From Octopus sinensis (taxonomy: Eukaryota), in the NCBI RefSeq assembly GCF_006345805.1, contig NC_043001.1, positions 75,144,001 through 75,208,000 on the forward strand: 64,000 nucleotides of DNA. Direction: 5' to 3'. Position 1 is the first letter of the stretch. Every line of letters begins with the position of its first letter. A model generated the notes under the pieces. That model was not told where the DNA came from, did no database searches, and worked only from the letters and a program-made list of their open reading frames with translations. The position numbers and the translations under genes are program-made. Positions 1-13,139 of this stretch are shown here, in pieces.

Positions 1-41
1 TTTTTTGCTAAAATGTCTTATTGACGAGTTTCGTTTTTTTC

Positions 42-127
42 ACTTTCCTGAGGAGAAGATTGCATTGTTTATACCATTTATTCTTTTGAATAGTATCAGT
101 GGAATTTTCGAAACATGTGTCGAAAGT
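42..127 (+). ncRNA. Type I hammerhead ribozyme in the 5' pLTR
   Basis: actttc-CTGAGGA-gaagattgcattg...cagtggaattttc-GAAAC-atgt-GTC-gaaagt; stem I 42-47/122-127; palindromic ACATGT across stem/loop III. Confidence 0.8.
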
Positions 128-377
128 AAAAATATTTGATTACACCTGCGTTAACTCCATTTTTTATTCATATTATTCAAAATATTCAACGTAAACACGA
201 AGTTTCTACCTTTATAAACAAGGAGTTACAACACTTTTACTTGTGAGATTTTTTCTGCCCTGGTAACTATTTATTTATTTTTCCGTGTTAATTGTTAACA
301 AGGTAAAAATACACTCATCTATTTATAATACTTTAATCAGGTTTATTAATAACCTGCTAACTGAATAGTTACAGCAT

Positions 378-2723
378 ATGGAGTTATTGAATATTAACGC
401 ATCTCTTAAGGACATTCCTATTCCACCTAAGAATGTTTTCCTTAAACAACTTGTCAATAAGATAAATTCATTCATCAACCGAATAAGATGGCTTACCTTT
501 TTCTTTGACAAAAATGACACTCAACAACACACTAATGATAAAACATATGAGTTCAACAAGTTATTTAAATCTAAAAATAGTCCGCCGCCTAACCCAAGAT
601 TGAAGCAATTTGAAGATGATCTCTGGTCCATTGTGAGAAATGTAAAATTTCAACGATCACCACTAAGAAATAAACATCTGAGGTATCTTCGCAACATCAC
701 CAAAGAAATCAATTCTATGGATACTATGTTGGTTCAATCTGATAAGACTGGAAATCTGTACAAACTTTATAAAGACTATTATTTGGAATTACTTAAAAAA
801 GAAATTCAGAGAAAGTATAAAATTGCTGATAAAAGAATACTTAAGAAAGCCAACATTGAGGCTATGAAAATCATGGAGAAATATAACTTACAAATGAAGA
901 CAGAACCACTTGTTCCTAAGCAACCTCGGTTCATTTTGTAGGATCACTAACCAAATTTTTTTACTAACCCATCATTAAGGCTTATCTGCCCTTCTAGCTC
1001 TGACATCGGTATCCTTAGTAAAAATATACTAGATAAATATATTCCTAATTTAATCAAAACATTAAAACTTAGTTTATGGACTAATTCGTTTGAAGTAGTT
1101 GACTGGTTTAGTTCTATTAACAATAAGGTGAGTACTAAGTTTATCCAGTTTGATATTTCCAATTTTTATTCATCTATCAATCCAATAGTACTTAATAAGG
1201 CACTTTGGCTTGCTCATAACAAAGCTAGTCTCACCCGAGAAGAAATTAAAGTTGTTTTGGCAGCCAGAAGATCTATTATTAAATTTGATGATAAGTTGTG
1301 GGTCCGTAAAGACACACCAGATAGTTTCGATATACCAATGGGAAGTTCTGATTCAGCACAGATAGCTGATTTGGTCTGTATATATATTCTTTTTGAAATG
1401 GCAGAAGAGTTCCCTAACATTTATGGAGGTCTATATCGGGATGATTGTTTACTTTACCTCCAAAATGTTTCCAACCAAACGGTACAAAATGTTAAGAATA
1501 GTGTAGTTAATTTTTTCAGTAGAATGGGCTTAAAAATCGTTTTTGATGACGATATGACGAAGGCCAACTTTTTAGATATTACGCTTAATTTACACAGTGA
1601 CTCTTACCTCCCATATCGTAAACCGTTGACCAATCTTAAGTACATTAGCAAATTTAGTAATCATCCTGGAGCAATTACTAAGAACTTAGTTAAGAATATT
1701 TCATTTAGATTATCTAAATTATCTGCTAATGTTGATATTTTCAATAATAACGCTGAATTCTATAACTCTGCCTTAATCAAAGCAGGTTATACAGAGAAAA
1801 TTTTCTACATAGATTCTGCTCAGTCTAATTGTAAATTCAATAATGTAGATAAGATTTCTAGTCGTAAAAGAATTATTGATAACAAACATAACTTACGCAC
1901 CGATACAAAGCGAATGAAGGCAGATAACCCTTATTTAATCCCCTATTATCGATCTAAAAGTAAATATAACACCTTCAAAAGTAATTACGCTATGAATACT
2001 AGTAAAAATATTTGGTTAATAATTCCTTACGGGAGACAAATTAAATCTAATCTCCCACTGCTGTTTCGACAAGCTATTGCTAGGAATTTTCCAAACAATT
2101 CTAGATATTACTCTATAATCAATTCACATAAGGTTAGGATAGGTTTTTCAAACACAAAACATCTCTTGCAAATTATCTCTTCTCATAATAACAAACTGTT
2201 AAATATTAATACATTTACTAATACTAACATTAATTTAGCTGATACCATCCAACCCTCTAGAAATATTAATAACAAGGTTATTGTATCTGAAGTCAATTCC
2301 AATAGAATTAAGTTTATGTCAAGTAACTCTAAGATTAAAAATTCTATATACCAGTGTATAATCAGTACTCGTAATAAAGTACGATTTTACATTGGAAGCA
2401 CATCGTTAGAGTTATCTAAAAGAATTTCTATCCATTACTCAACATTTAGGAATAGAAATAAACGGAATAGTACCGGTCTCAGCAAACTGATTTGGGATTT
2501 AAAAGACCACAATGAACAATTTCATTTAGAATGGTTGATTCTCTCAATTTCGATACCATATGACAAAGACAAGAAATTCTATCTTCTCTGCAATTCTGAG
2601 CTATTTTTCATTATTTTTTCTAAAAATACTCTAGTAAACACGGCTATAGAGCGAGCATACAGATGTAAGCATTGGCAAAACATACATTTAGTGCATATAA
2701 GTAGTCTCTATCATTATATATAA
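378..2723 (+). pseudogene. PLE reverse transcriptase/GIY-YIG endonuclease ORF with two in-frame stops (TAG 939-941, TAA 948-950)
   Basis: ORFs 378-941 and 1128-2723 share a frame. Motifs: SDKTGNLY, QFDISNFYSSI, MGSSDSAQIADL, GLYRDD, SNHP, SIYQC..FYIGST. Both stops fall in L(K)DH(K)PN. Confidence 0.9.
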
Positions 2724-2905
2724 TTTAGACTTTAATTTCCTTTATATTTAACATTCACTATTAATATCACTACTCTTTCTGTTAGCTACTTATGACGTTA
2801 TATCATATAACGTTTTTTTAAACAATATTAATAGCGTTTTGTCTATCGCTATACAAATCCATCATTTTTTGCTAAAATGTCTTATTGACGAGTTTTGTTT
2901 TTTTC

Positions 2906-2991
2906 ACTTTCCCGAGGAGAAGATTGCATTGTTTATACCATTTATTCTTTTGAATAGTATCAGTGGAATTTTCGAAACATGTGTCGAAAGT
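2906..2991 (+). ncRNA. Hammerhead ribozyme copy in the 3' pLTR (core CCGAGGA, U4C variant)
   Basis: Same as 42-127 except CTGAGGA is CCGAGGA. Confidence 0.7.
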
Positions 2992-3044
2992 AAAAATATT
3001 TGATTACACCTGCGTTAACTCCATTTTTTATTCATATATATATA

Positions 3045-3221
3045 TACCGATGATTAAGTAAATTGCAAAATAATAATAAAAACGTATATATTTGGTAGAA
3101 TAACGACACGTGTTTTTTTCTAATTTTTATATATATATTATTTTTTGTGAAATTTGATTTAGTATTTCTAAATTGAATTTTTCCCTGTATGTTAGGAATA
3201 ATATTTCCTCAAATTATTATT

Positions 3222-3273
<52 letters not shown>

Positions 3274-3480
3274 ATATATATATATTATATATAATATGTA
3301 TAATAATAATTTGAGGAAATATTATTCCTAACATACAGGGAAAAATTCAATTTAGAAATACTAAATCAAATTTCACAAAATATAATATATATATAAAAAT
3401 TAGAAAAAAACACGTGTCGTTATTCTACCAAATATATACGTTTTTATTATTATTTTGCAATTTACTTAATCATCGGTATA
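3045..3480. repeat. ~180-bp inverted repeat around a (TA)n tract, carrying a degenerate hammerhead-like motif
   Basis: 3045-3227 is the near-perfect reverse complement of 3296-3480; aataat-TTGAGGA...GAAAAAAAC-acgt-GTC-gttatt at 3305-3424. Confidence 0.8.
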
Positions 3481-3579
3481 TTATTGCTTTTTTTATTTTA
3501 ATATTTCTATTATATGTAATTTTCTAGATGGTATAATTTAATTGTTCATTTTGAATTGATAAAATGTAGTTTTTTTCTA

Positions 3580-3710
<131 letters not shown>

Positions 3711-3714
3711 AGTT

Positions 3715-4290
3715 AGAGTGCAATATGCACCTCTTTGCACGCATCTCCAAAGCCACGCATCTCTCACTATATGTAAACATGCAGGGAGAATGTAGCAAAT
3801 ATACTAAGAAACACAGTCGTCCCCATTTGTAAAACTATAACGAGGATAGTAGACATCCCAGTATCAATTCATTTTGCTTTCTGTGCCGAGAAACACTTTA
3901 AAGCTCATTAGCTAGGCTTACTACGTAAACTATTTAAAAAAATATATTTACCATTCCGTGCGCATCTGCTCAGTTGAAGGTCCTGCAACTTCCAAACGCA
4001 TATTAGCGAACAAGTATCAATTCAATCAAATAAATTATCATTATCTTTAAAGAAACGTAATGAGAAATGGCCGGCAAACATAACCAAATAGGTAAAATAT
4101 ATACAATATGCACCTGTTTGCTAGAAAGAAGAGTTAAAACTCTCCATAACCATGCATTTCTCACTATATGTAAACACGCTGGCCACCTTACGATTATTGT
4201 TTTAAAGATAATGATAATTTAATTGAATTTTGAATATATACTTGCTCGCCAATGTTCGTTTGGAAATCGCGGGGCTTTCAGCTTAACAAA
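3715..4290. repeat. Old degenerate element with internal direct (3720-3782/4104-4180) and inverted (~3975-4060/~4190-4285) repeats
   Basis: caatatgcacct...tctcactatatgtaaaca occurs twice; aattatcattatctttaaa is inverted as tttaaagataatgataatt. Confidence 0.5.
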
Positions 4291-4660
4291 CTATCTATAC
4301 TTCAATGGGGAAAACTGCTTATTAATTAGGTATATAACAATTACTAAAGGTACTAAAAGAAAGCAATATAAAAAGCTGGAAATATTTTTATAAATTCATG
4401 TTCCAAGAAATTTCCTATAATTTCGATTTATGAAGTTTTTAAAAAATTCTTTTTTAACTCCAAATTCTCGCAAATTTAAATACTTATTTACATTAACTGC
4501 GTCCAATTCTTAATAAATTTAAATATTCATTGCATTTCTTGCGGAGTAAATTTTAATGTTTAGTAATAAACAATATTAATTCGTTGCAGGCGACATTTTA
4601 CGCTTTTATTTGCAATAGTCTCTCATTCTCGTTCGCCTCCATTTTCGTTCTTTTTAAAAC

Positions 4661-5037
4661 TTTTATTCATTTCAGTCATTTGACTGCGGCCACGCTGGAG
4701 CACCGCCTTTAATCAAATAAATCGACCCCAGGACCTATTCTTTGTAAGGCTTGTACTTATTCTATCGGTCTCTTTTGCCGAATCGCGAAGCCACGGGGAC
4801 ATAAAAACACCAGCATCGGCTGTCGAGTGACAGTGGGAGGACAAACACAGACACACAGACACACACACATATGCGACATGCGTCTTTCAGTTTCCGTTTA
4901 CCAGATCTATTCAGAAGGCTTTGATCGGCCCGAGGCTATAATAGAAGACACTTGCCCAAGGTGCGCGCTGTGGGACTGAACCCAGAACCATGTGGTTGGG
5001 AAGCAAGCTTCTTACCACACAACCACGCCTGCGCCTA
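4661..5037 (-). mobile_element. tRNA-derived SINE, family A
   Basis: Minus strand has the head ggcgcaggcgtggttgtgtggtaagaagc...ggttcagtccca and the tail ggtgctccagc..gccgcagtcaaatgactgaaa; several copies in the window. Confidence 0.85.
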
Positions 5038-5194
5038 ATGATAATTCAAAAATAGCTATATAACTTTAATACTTGGCGCAATTTCAAGAATAGTATCAGT
5101 TTCTGGAGTTTGTTAACTGAATATTTTTGATAAAATGAAAATTCTTTAATACACTGTTATAATTTTTTAAAATGAAGAAGTGATTTTAGGCGGA

Positions 5195-5305
5195 GGTAAA
5201 GAATATGCACACCACCTGTTCTCGGTGTAACAAAAACTATCACCGTAACCCTAAACCTTAACCCTAACTCTAATCCTAAACAGCGGGTGTGCGTATTATT
5301 TACCT
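5195..5305. repeat. Short foldback enclosing degenerate (TAACCC)n repeats
   Basis: aggtaaagaatatgcacacc pairs with ggtgtgcgtattatttacct; the loop contains taaccctaaaccttaaccctaactctaatcctaa. Confidence 0.6.
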
Positions 5306-5534
5306 TTGCCGTGATTTAGTTGATATGGCTGCTTGGAGTAATAACGCCTTACAATAATAACTGTGTGATCGTTGCTATTTCTAATACGTTAAACAAGATA
5401 GTTTTTAACAAGCTTTCGCAGATGAAACCAGAGCAAGGCGACTGGAACAGATGTCTGAATATGTACGGAGACGTAGACATGACTCTGTTCCCGCCACACA
5501 TGACCGACTGGTTAGGGTATCTCGAGAGGAGAAT

Positions 5535-6220
5535 ATTCTAATTCAAAATAATGGTGACAGATCCCAAATTGCTGATGCAGCACTAAAGGGATCTTTTCTT
5601 TGGGATCATGTGGAAGTAGTGGAGTTGACAACCAATCTAAGACTTCTTACAGAAAGTCATTCTGATGAAAGAGAGTTTGCTAATTACCTTCTTGATATAG
5701 GAAATGGTGACATTTCTATTGAGCAAAGCCTGGGTGAATTCAAAATCAAACTATCCAATGACCTTTGTTTTGAAAGTGGTACTCTTTCAGATCTACGTGA
5801 TTTTGTATATGCTGAACTAAAAAATAACTTCACAAATTCTGTGAAATGAAGCAGCACAATTTCTGAATGATTTCCTGTTGACCAGGATCCCTGGTGAGTG
5901 AAAAATATACAGAAGGTAGATACAGTTGATAATGAAACTCTGTACCCAATCAAGTTCATCAACAAACTTACACCATTAGGGTTTCCACCACATATTCTCA
6001 AACTGAAGAGAAAGTGCTGCATAATGCTTCTGAGAAATTTAGATGCTTCTACTGGATATTACAATGGCAAACGATACATCATTGTCAGTTTACATGATCA
6101 TGTTATAGAGGCTAAGGTTGCTTCTGGTCCTTATGCAGGATCAACTCTGCTAATCCCAAGAATACCACATGTGTCTCAAGAAATGGAATTTCCATTCACA
6201 TTTACATGCAAACAATTTAT
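5535..6220 (+). pseudogene. Helitron PIF1-like helicase C-terminal fragment
   Basis: LTTNLRL, FANYLLDIGNG, YPIKFINKLTPLGFPPHIL, IMLLRNLD, LIPRIP; stops and frameshifts present. Confidence 0.85.
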
Positions 6221-7109
6221 ATATTAATTTACTTAATATATATTTATTGCAATTTTTTCATTTCAAGTTTTATTTCGTTACTTCAGATGAGGAAATCAGG
6301 TGTTTTGTTGACTTAAATTCGTTGTGTAACTGCCCTCAGTTTATTGCTTATACATACTAGAAAAAAAATTATATTGGACAACTTATTAAAAGTTACTGAA
6401 GCTTCGAACTCATGTCACTTATTTCCTTTCCGTCGCTATCTAAGAATTAGCAAGTGAATTTGTCACTATGGCTATTTGATACGCTATAGGTATTAAAATA
6501 TCTCTATGTGATCGCTGCTATTTTTTGGCACATTAAATGTAGTTGGACTACCTTGATGTTTATTTAAAAAAGAGGGATTATGACTGTGATAAAATAATGA
6601 AAGCAATATTTACTAAGCAAGTGAGCACTATAATAAAAGAAAATAATTAGACTTAAAATATCATAAAAATGATTAGAATTGGGAATCAAAAGTGGAAATT
6701 TTATCGAGTGGCTAGCAAGAAACCCGGAATCTTGAAAACCCCCGATGAAAAAGGATGAAAGTGCTAGACTTAACTAATTTTCCTTTTTCCTGTATTTTCT
6801 TTATTTTTTGTTTTCTTCCTTTATGAAAATTCGAAGAAACGGGATTACAATTTCATTTTCCATAAATTTTTCATATCTTTTTTACTATTCTTTAATTAAT
6901 TCTATAAATGACAGAGAATTCTATTCCTGTGTATATATGTATGTATGCATGTTTTTTAAGATTTAAGTTTTTCTTCATGGAGTTAAAGACGGTCGCTAAC
7001 AAAGTGACAAATTTTTGCAAGTTAAGACACTTAAACCCAGTTCCTGTGAGTTGTAAATATATGGTTGAAGTAATATGTACCTACACGCATATATATATAT
7101 ATATGCGTG

Positions 7110-7181
<72 letters not shown>

Positions 7182-7184
7182 CAC

Positions 7185-7475
7185 GCACGGGAACGAGAAT
7201 GGGCCCCAACTATGTGAACCTGTTCGTTGGCTACGTTGAGGCCCAAATATTCTCAAGTTTCACTGGCCCCACTCCTGAACTATACGGTCGTTATATTGAC
7301 GACTGTATCGGTGCGACCTCACTCTCCCGCGAACATCTAGACTCCTTCCTCTCTTTTGTCAAATCTTTCCATCCTGCCCTCCACTTCTCCTGCACTATTT
7401 CCGACACTTCAGTCGCCTTTCTCGACATTTTATTTAGTATTCCTCACTCCGCTCTCACCACCTCCATCTACTACT
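7185..7475 (+). pseudogene. Penelope-type RT internal fragment next to (CA)n(TA)n
   Basis: GTRMGPNYVNLFVGYVE...YGRYIDDCIG...VAFLDI. Confidence 0.8.
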
Positions 7476-7695
7476 CTTTAAAAATCTGCCAAATGTCTTA
7501 CATAGTTCCATTTTCCTATTAGGCAGGTAATTAACTAGCAGTTTTGATACGTCATATTTTATGTTGTCTTCAGTATCTTTAACAAACGCATGCACAACTA
7601 CTTCATGAATGTTACCACCCTCTCCCTCACTCTCTCTACCAATATTTCTCTCTCACTAGTATGTATGTATGTATGTATGTATGTATGTATGTATG

Positions 7696-7737
<42 letters not shown>

Positions 7738-8926
7738 TCTATACATGCATTCATGCGTACGCACATCTACATACATATTTTGCTAGTATATACAGGAGAA
7801 ATTTGCTGCATTTAATTTTAAGGCGATAATATTTTTCTTTTGATAATTAGCATTTATTTCCTCATATTCCCTAACATTACCCATGGAGGCAAAATATATT
7901 TCTAAAGTTACCCGACATGTGACACACATCCCATACATATGCATACACACACTACACACACACACATTTACGGAGAAACGAAGGTGGTACACACACACAC
8001 ACACATATATATATGCGTGTGTGTGTGTATATCTGTAATTATATATTTAGAGACATACACTCGCGTGCACATATACCATACCCAGTGTCTGAAACCATTG
8101 ATTATAACTTCTGTCGTTACCATCACCTGTGCTGTTCGTCATTGATAAATCGAACTTAATTTCGCTAAACCTTGTCAGTCATAAATCAATTGTCCTTCTT
8201 GTCAGTAGCAAACATACACCAAATCCCTTATTGTACCTCATGCAAACAATCTTTATCTCTTCTACACAATCTCTCTCTCTTTCTCTCCACACGCGCGCGT
8301 ACACACACACACATCGACTCATACACACACACACACACATATCGCTTGAATGTTCAAATTAACATGAAAAACAGTATTTAAATCGGTTTACCTCGCTATT
8401 TAATGTATTTACCAAAGCCTAGTTTGTCATAAACAAAATCCTATGTGAATATATTATAAAATCATGACCACCAAGGAACTTGAGTAAGTAGTAGAGTGCC
8501 CGAATATTTTATTTTGGTGCCTGTGTTTTGGACATCTGTTTCTGGGTTCATATTTGCCAAAGACTTTCATTGTTATAATATCCATTTATATTCCAGTTTA
8601 ATTAATCCTTTCTCAGACAGGTAAGGCCACAATCTATTTTTCTGAGTGCGGAGCGTGGTAGGTGAGTAAATCGATCCCAGTGTTTGATTGGTATTTTACT
8701 TCATCGACCTCAAAAGGATGAAAAGTAAAGAGCGTAAAGGATCGGAAGAAATACCGCCATGACTAATCTGCCAATTCGCTGATCTTAGTTCAGCCTAATT
8801 AATACTCACTGGACTCATGAAATCAGCAACCATTAATCAATAGTATCGAGTATGGCAGAAAGAAAAAAGAAAAGCGATAAACTTCTGAAAAAATGAGTTT
8901 CTTATTCAGCTTATTTTGCCGTTCCA

Positions 8927-9142
8927 AGGCAGCAAGCTGGTTAAAACATTAAAATGTCAAGCAAATGTTTAAAAGTATTTTTTCCAGCTCTTTATGTTTA
9001 GAGTTCAAATTCGACCAAAGTCAGCATTACCTATCATCCTTTCCGGGTCAGTAATGTAATGTATTAGCTGAGCACTGGAGTCAATGTAATCGACTTGTCC
9101 CCTCTCTCAAAATTCCAGGCCTTGTATCTCTAATATTAGAAT
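8927..9142 (+). mobile_element. tRNA-derived SINE, family B (degenerate)
   Basis: aaggcagcaagctgg...gagttcaaattc...catcctttccgggtc...gtaatcgact...aggccttgt matches the other family B copies. Confidence 0.7.
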
Positions 9143-9345
9143 TGGTTATTATTATTATTTCCATATACACACAACAGATTAGACTGTTAGAAAAGAGAAA
9201 ATTCTAACATCAGCTACAAGTAATCTCAGATGCCAAGAACCCTTCTGAGTATTCTAGCTGTTTTCTGGAGATGTACTAAACTAGGTTTTATACCTATTTC
9301 CTCTCTCCATCTGGTGAAATCGACCTGAAGAAAATTTTAACTGAG

Positions 9346-9503
9346 CCCCACCTGCAAGGTCATGCGCTGATTGTCTTGATATGAGATCACCATGTCGCGC
9401 ACATATGGTTGTGATGCATGTGCCAGGTAGTCATGATAGTTATACTGGGCTTCGTATATTTTACCCCAGTGTCACTTTGATGGTATGCACTGCTCTCTCA
9501 CTC

Positions 9504-9554
<51 letters not shown>

Positions 9555-9570
9555 TATTATTATAATTATA
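9346..9570 (+). mobile_element. Interspersed repeat with (AAT)n tail (longer copy at 34780-35395)
   Basis: ccccacctgcaaggtcatgcgct...gctctctcactcaataataat is shared with 35129-35310. Confidence 0.75.
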
Positions 9571-9589
9571 GACATCGCACAGTATACAA

Positions 9590-10140
9590 TATCGTGGGGT
9601 TGTTAATTGAAGATACTGTGTCTACCGGGGGTTTGTACTGCTTGTCAAGTCACAAGGACCTTAGACAGGCAGTACTTTATGCACGTGGAGCTTTCGTATT
9701 GTGTCCGCGCATTACTGACTTCTGAAGCTTTGTAGAACAGCTGTTGTCACTTGGAGGATGGATCCGGCTATCGTCCGAGATCATTGTGAAGATCACCCCG
9801 TCGCTTGATCGGGAAGGGAGGGCGATTTTTCTCTGTCTGGTGGATATGGCAAAAGAGGTTGTGTGGTGGATGCAATTGAAAGGTTACTCTTTTGCCAAGG
9901 CCTCATTGACTTTTTCAGGTTCCACCTGAAAAGGAAAGTGAGGGTGGTGTGGGAAGTATTGTCACCCAGTAAGTTCGTTGAAAGGTGGGTGAATGTGGCC
10001 AGAATGGCCCGCGTGAATGAGCCTAATCTAAGTGTGCGCCTGTAGGCCGGATGGAAGGGAAAAGAGAGGGCACCTTCCCGAGGAGCCGTTGGTGTTAAAT
10101 GGTCCAAAGGGCGTGAAGTCTCTTTGGTCACCTTACGGTG
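9590..10140 (-). mobile_element. Degenerate LINE fragments (RLE-LINE-like 3' end at 9590-9740 plus an unidentified fragment)
   Basis: Minus strand reads LQKSVMRG-like followed by taaggtccttgtgacttg; the adjacent GC-richer segment resembles decayed coding sequence. Confidence 0.4.
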
Positions 10141-10289
10141 GAACTCCCCCTATTAGGGAAGCATAATGTTGATTTAATCTATTTGTTAATCGTTGTGTTT
10201 GTTTGCTGATTACACCTTTAACCTCACTGTCCCTCGTCTGTGTAATGTCCTGTATGTTTTGTGTTCGACCCTGGTGGCCAATAAAGAAA

Positions 10290-10320
<31 letters not shown>

Positions 10321-10344
10321 GAAATACCCTCGGATAGTGCTTCA

Positions 10345-11510
10345 TTGCTGGTTATTCTTTACTTGAACGCTGGCAACAACAAATCATCAAAGGTTTCAAG
10401 TAGTGCCTTCTCCTGTGACTCAAAGAGACAATACTCTCCTTAGAATGTGAGCTGTACCCAACAATGCTGTCTTATGGATCACCTCGAGCCTGACGGCAGC
10501 TCCAATTTTCTTAATGTTTTTCAAAGGCCTTGGAAACTACTCCTAATGCTCCAATTACCACCGGTATCACCATTACTTTCCTCATGCCCCACAACTTTCC
10601 TATTTCGTCCTGCAGTGGCTGGTATTTCTGAATCTTTTCTGTTTCCTTGCATTTCACCCTTGAATCGCCTGGTATTGCAACATCTATTATCTTATTGCCT
10701 TTTCATCTTTATGGATGAGCACGATATCTGGTCGTCTCGCCTCCATGACCTGGTCGCACTGCATGTTAAAATCCCAGAGTATTTTGTAATGTTCGTTTTC
10801 CATTACTCCCTCTGGCTCGTGTTGATTGCCATTGTTCGGCTCCCCCGAGGTTTGCTTTACCGCACAACTGCCAGTGGACATATCTGGCCACATTGTCGTG
10901 TCTCCTTTCATATTCGCGTTGTGCAAGTGTACAGCACTGAGTAACAATATGGCTTATACTTCCTCTCTTCTCAGAGTACATCCTAGACTGTGGCGAGTTA
11001 GTGCTTTTATCAATGTGATATTTGGAGTAGTTTGTTCTGAGAGCTTGTTCTTGAGCGCTGCACACTAATGCCTCAGTGGCCCCTTTTAAGTCTCCTTTCT
11101 GCAGCCATTGCCAGGTTCTATTCCAATCAATCTTATCTTTATTCTTCAAGAACTGACTGTGCATTTTCTTTTCCTACCAAATTTTCTTCATCTGCTCTCT
11201 CTGGTTTTTCTTAAATTGTATTGGATCTACGGCTTCGTTAACTTTTAAAGTTTCCTGCATTTTCACTGCTTCAATCATTTCTTCTTTACTCCCCTTGACA
11301 TACTAAGCCAGGCTATTCTTCTCTACCCTTACACAACCTTCACAGCGCACCAATCTCCGCCCTCCTACATTCCTTTTTACATACAATCTTAACACATCAC
11401 TCTTGGGATGTAGTTCTTTGTTCCTTGTCATTAATTTACGTGTTCTCTGGTCTATCTTGTAATTCATGCTTCTTCCAAGATACTATTCCTGCCCCCGGCC
11501 ATTTAGCTTC
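10345..11510 (-). mobile_element. R4/Dong-like non-LTR retrotransposon 3' portion (zinc knuckle + restriction-like endonuclease), decayed
   Basis: WLQKGDLKGATEALVCSAQEQAL, SHIVTQC, RRHDNVARYVHWQLC, KILWDFNMQCD..RRPDIV; lies between (TAT)n tracts. Confidence 0.85.
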
Positions 11511-11683
11511 GATTGAAGCACAAGCCGAATTCTCCTCGAATACTATTTTGTGTACATTTTTTTCACCTTGTATTCATTCATCTTATCTCTTTCAATGATA
11601 CCCAGATACTTATATCCTTCCTCCCCGACTTCCCTTATAGTTTCACCACTTTCCAGCTTGATTCCATGGCTTTTTATTATTAC

Positions 11684-11720
<37 letters not shown>

Positions 11721-11726
11721 TTTATT

Positions 11727-12655
11727 TAGGCGGTGAGCAGGCAGAATTGTTAGCATGCTGCACGGAATGCTTAGCAGTATTTCGCCTGTCTGAGTTCAAA
11801 TTCTGCCGAGGTCGACTTTGCCTTTCTTCCTTTCGGAGTCGATAAAATAAGTACCAGTTGAACATTAGGGTCGATGTAATCGACTTTATCCCTTCTTCCA
11901 AATTTGAGGCCTTGTGCTTCTAGTAGAAAGGCGGTGAGCTGGCAGGATTGTTACCGCTTAGCGGCATTTCGTCTGCCGCTACGTTTTGAGTTCAAATTCC
12001 GCCGAAGTTGACTTTGCCTTTCATCCTTTCGGGGTCGATAAAAATAAGTACCAGTTACGCACTGGGGTCGATGTAATCGACTTAATCCGTTGTCTGTCCT
12101 TGTTTGTCCTCTCTGTGTTTATCCCCTTGTGGGTAGTAAAGAAATAGGTATTTTGCCCATTGCTACTTTCTGAGTTCAAATTCCGCCGAGGTTGACTTTG
12201 CGTGTCATCCTTTCGGAATCGATAAAATAAGTACCGGTTGAACACTGGGATCAATATTATCGACTCATCCCCACCACCCACAAGCTGTCCTTGTGGCAAA
12301 AATGTGAAATAATAATTATTATTATGAAAGTGAGGGTGGCGAGCTGGCAGAATAGTTGCACACCGGACAAACTACTTAGCGGCATTTCTTCTGGCTTTAC
12401 TTTCTGTGGTCAAAGACTCCTCCCTAAAAAGTTCAAGGAAGGGTTATTATTATTAAGGCGGCGATTTATCTGCACCGTTAGAATGTCAGAAAAATGCTTA
12501 GCGGTATTCTGGCTCTGTAAGTTCAGAGTTCAAATTCCGCCGAGGTTAACTTTGCTTTTGGGGTCTATCAAATAAACGTGCAAGTCAAGCACTGGAATCG
12601 CTGAAATCGACTTAGCTACCTTTCCAAAAGTTACTGGACTTGAACCGAAATTAAA
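11727..12655 (+). mobile_element. Tandem cluster of about 5 family B SINE copies
   Basis: Repeated aggcggtgagctggcag...gagttcaaattccgccgaggtcgactttgcctttcatcctttcggggtcgataaaataagtaccagt...gtcgatgtaatcgact. Confidence 0.85.
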
Positions 12656-13139
12656 AAAAAACATTTGAAACCGTTATTCTGCTTAGTTTCTTGGTTAAAA
12701 ACTCACCTCATTGACGAGGTTAGATATCATAAAGAAAGTATGACTGCTACAGAATCTATTTAGTTTTATCTTTATTTTAACCGGTCAACAACTCTAAATG
12801 TTTGCTAATCCACAGATAAGCGTTGAGTTGTTCCTGTGTTTAGTCATATCCTGTTTAACACTAAAAGGATCTGAAACGAAGTATAATTAACTGCTGTTAT
12901 CACGTTTACGTTTTGAGTTCAAATAACGCCGAGAAGGTCATCTCTGCTTTTTATCTTTTCGCGATCAAGGAAATACCAATCCTAGCCAGGTTTGGGAATG
13001 GATTTATATGTTCCTATAAGGCATCATCGATGTGGATGGAATTAAAATAGAAAATAATGTCTTTCATCCTCCGACAACAGTTAAAATAAAGTTTACTAAG
13101 TAATAATAAGGAGCAAAGTCGTTCAGTAATATTTACGGA

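Larger units (their letters stand above)
1..3036 (+). mobile_element. Penelope-like retroelement (Naiad-like), near full length, with direct pLTR repeats
   Basis: RT + GIY-YIG ORF flanked by a direct repeat (1-172 vs 2865-3036, ~2 mismatches); the 3' end runs into (TA)n; the 5' repeat is cut by the window edge. Confidence 0.9.

Noticed and set aside
939-950. Selenocysteine recoding in the Naiad-like PLEs (known for some Naiads)
   Set aside because: The stops are TAG and TAA at probable Lys codons. The TGAs in the second PLE (~28449, ~28488) sit at probable Trp positions rather than Cys positions, so they look like ordinary decay.
5662-5672. CTGATGA/CTGAAGA matches inside coding remnants (also ~35937, ~42249, ~49498)
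   Set aside because: No compatible stems or GAAA-NUH; they lie within Helitron, LINE or mariner sequence.
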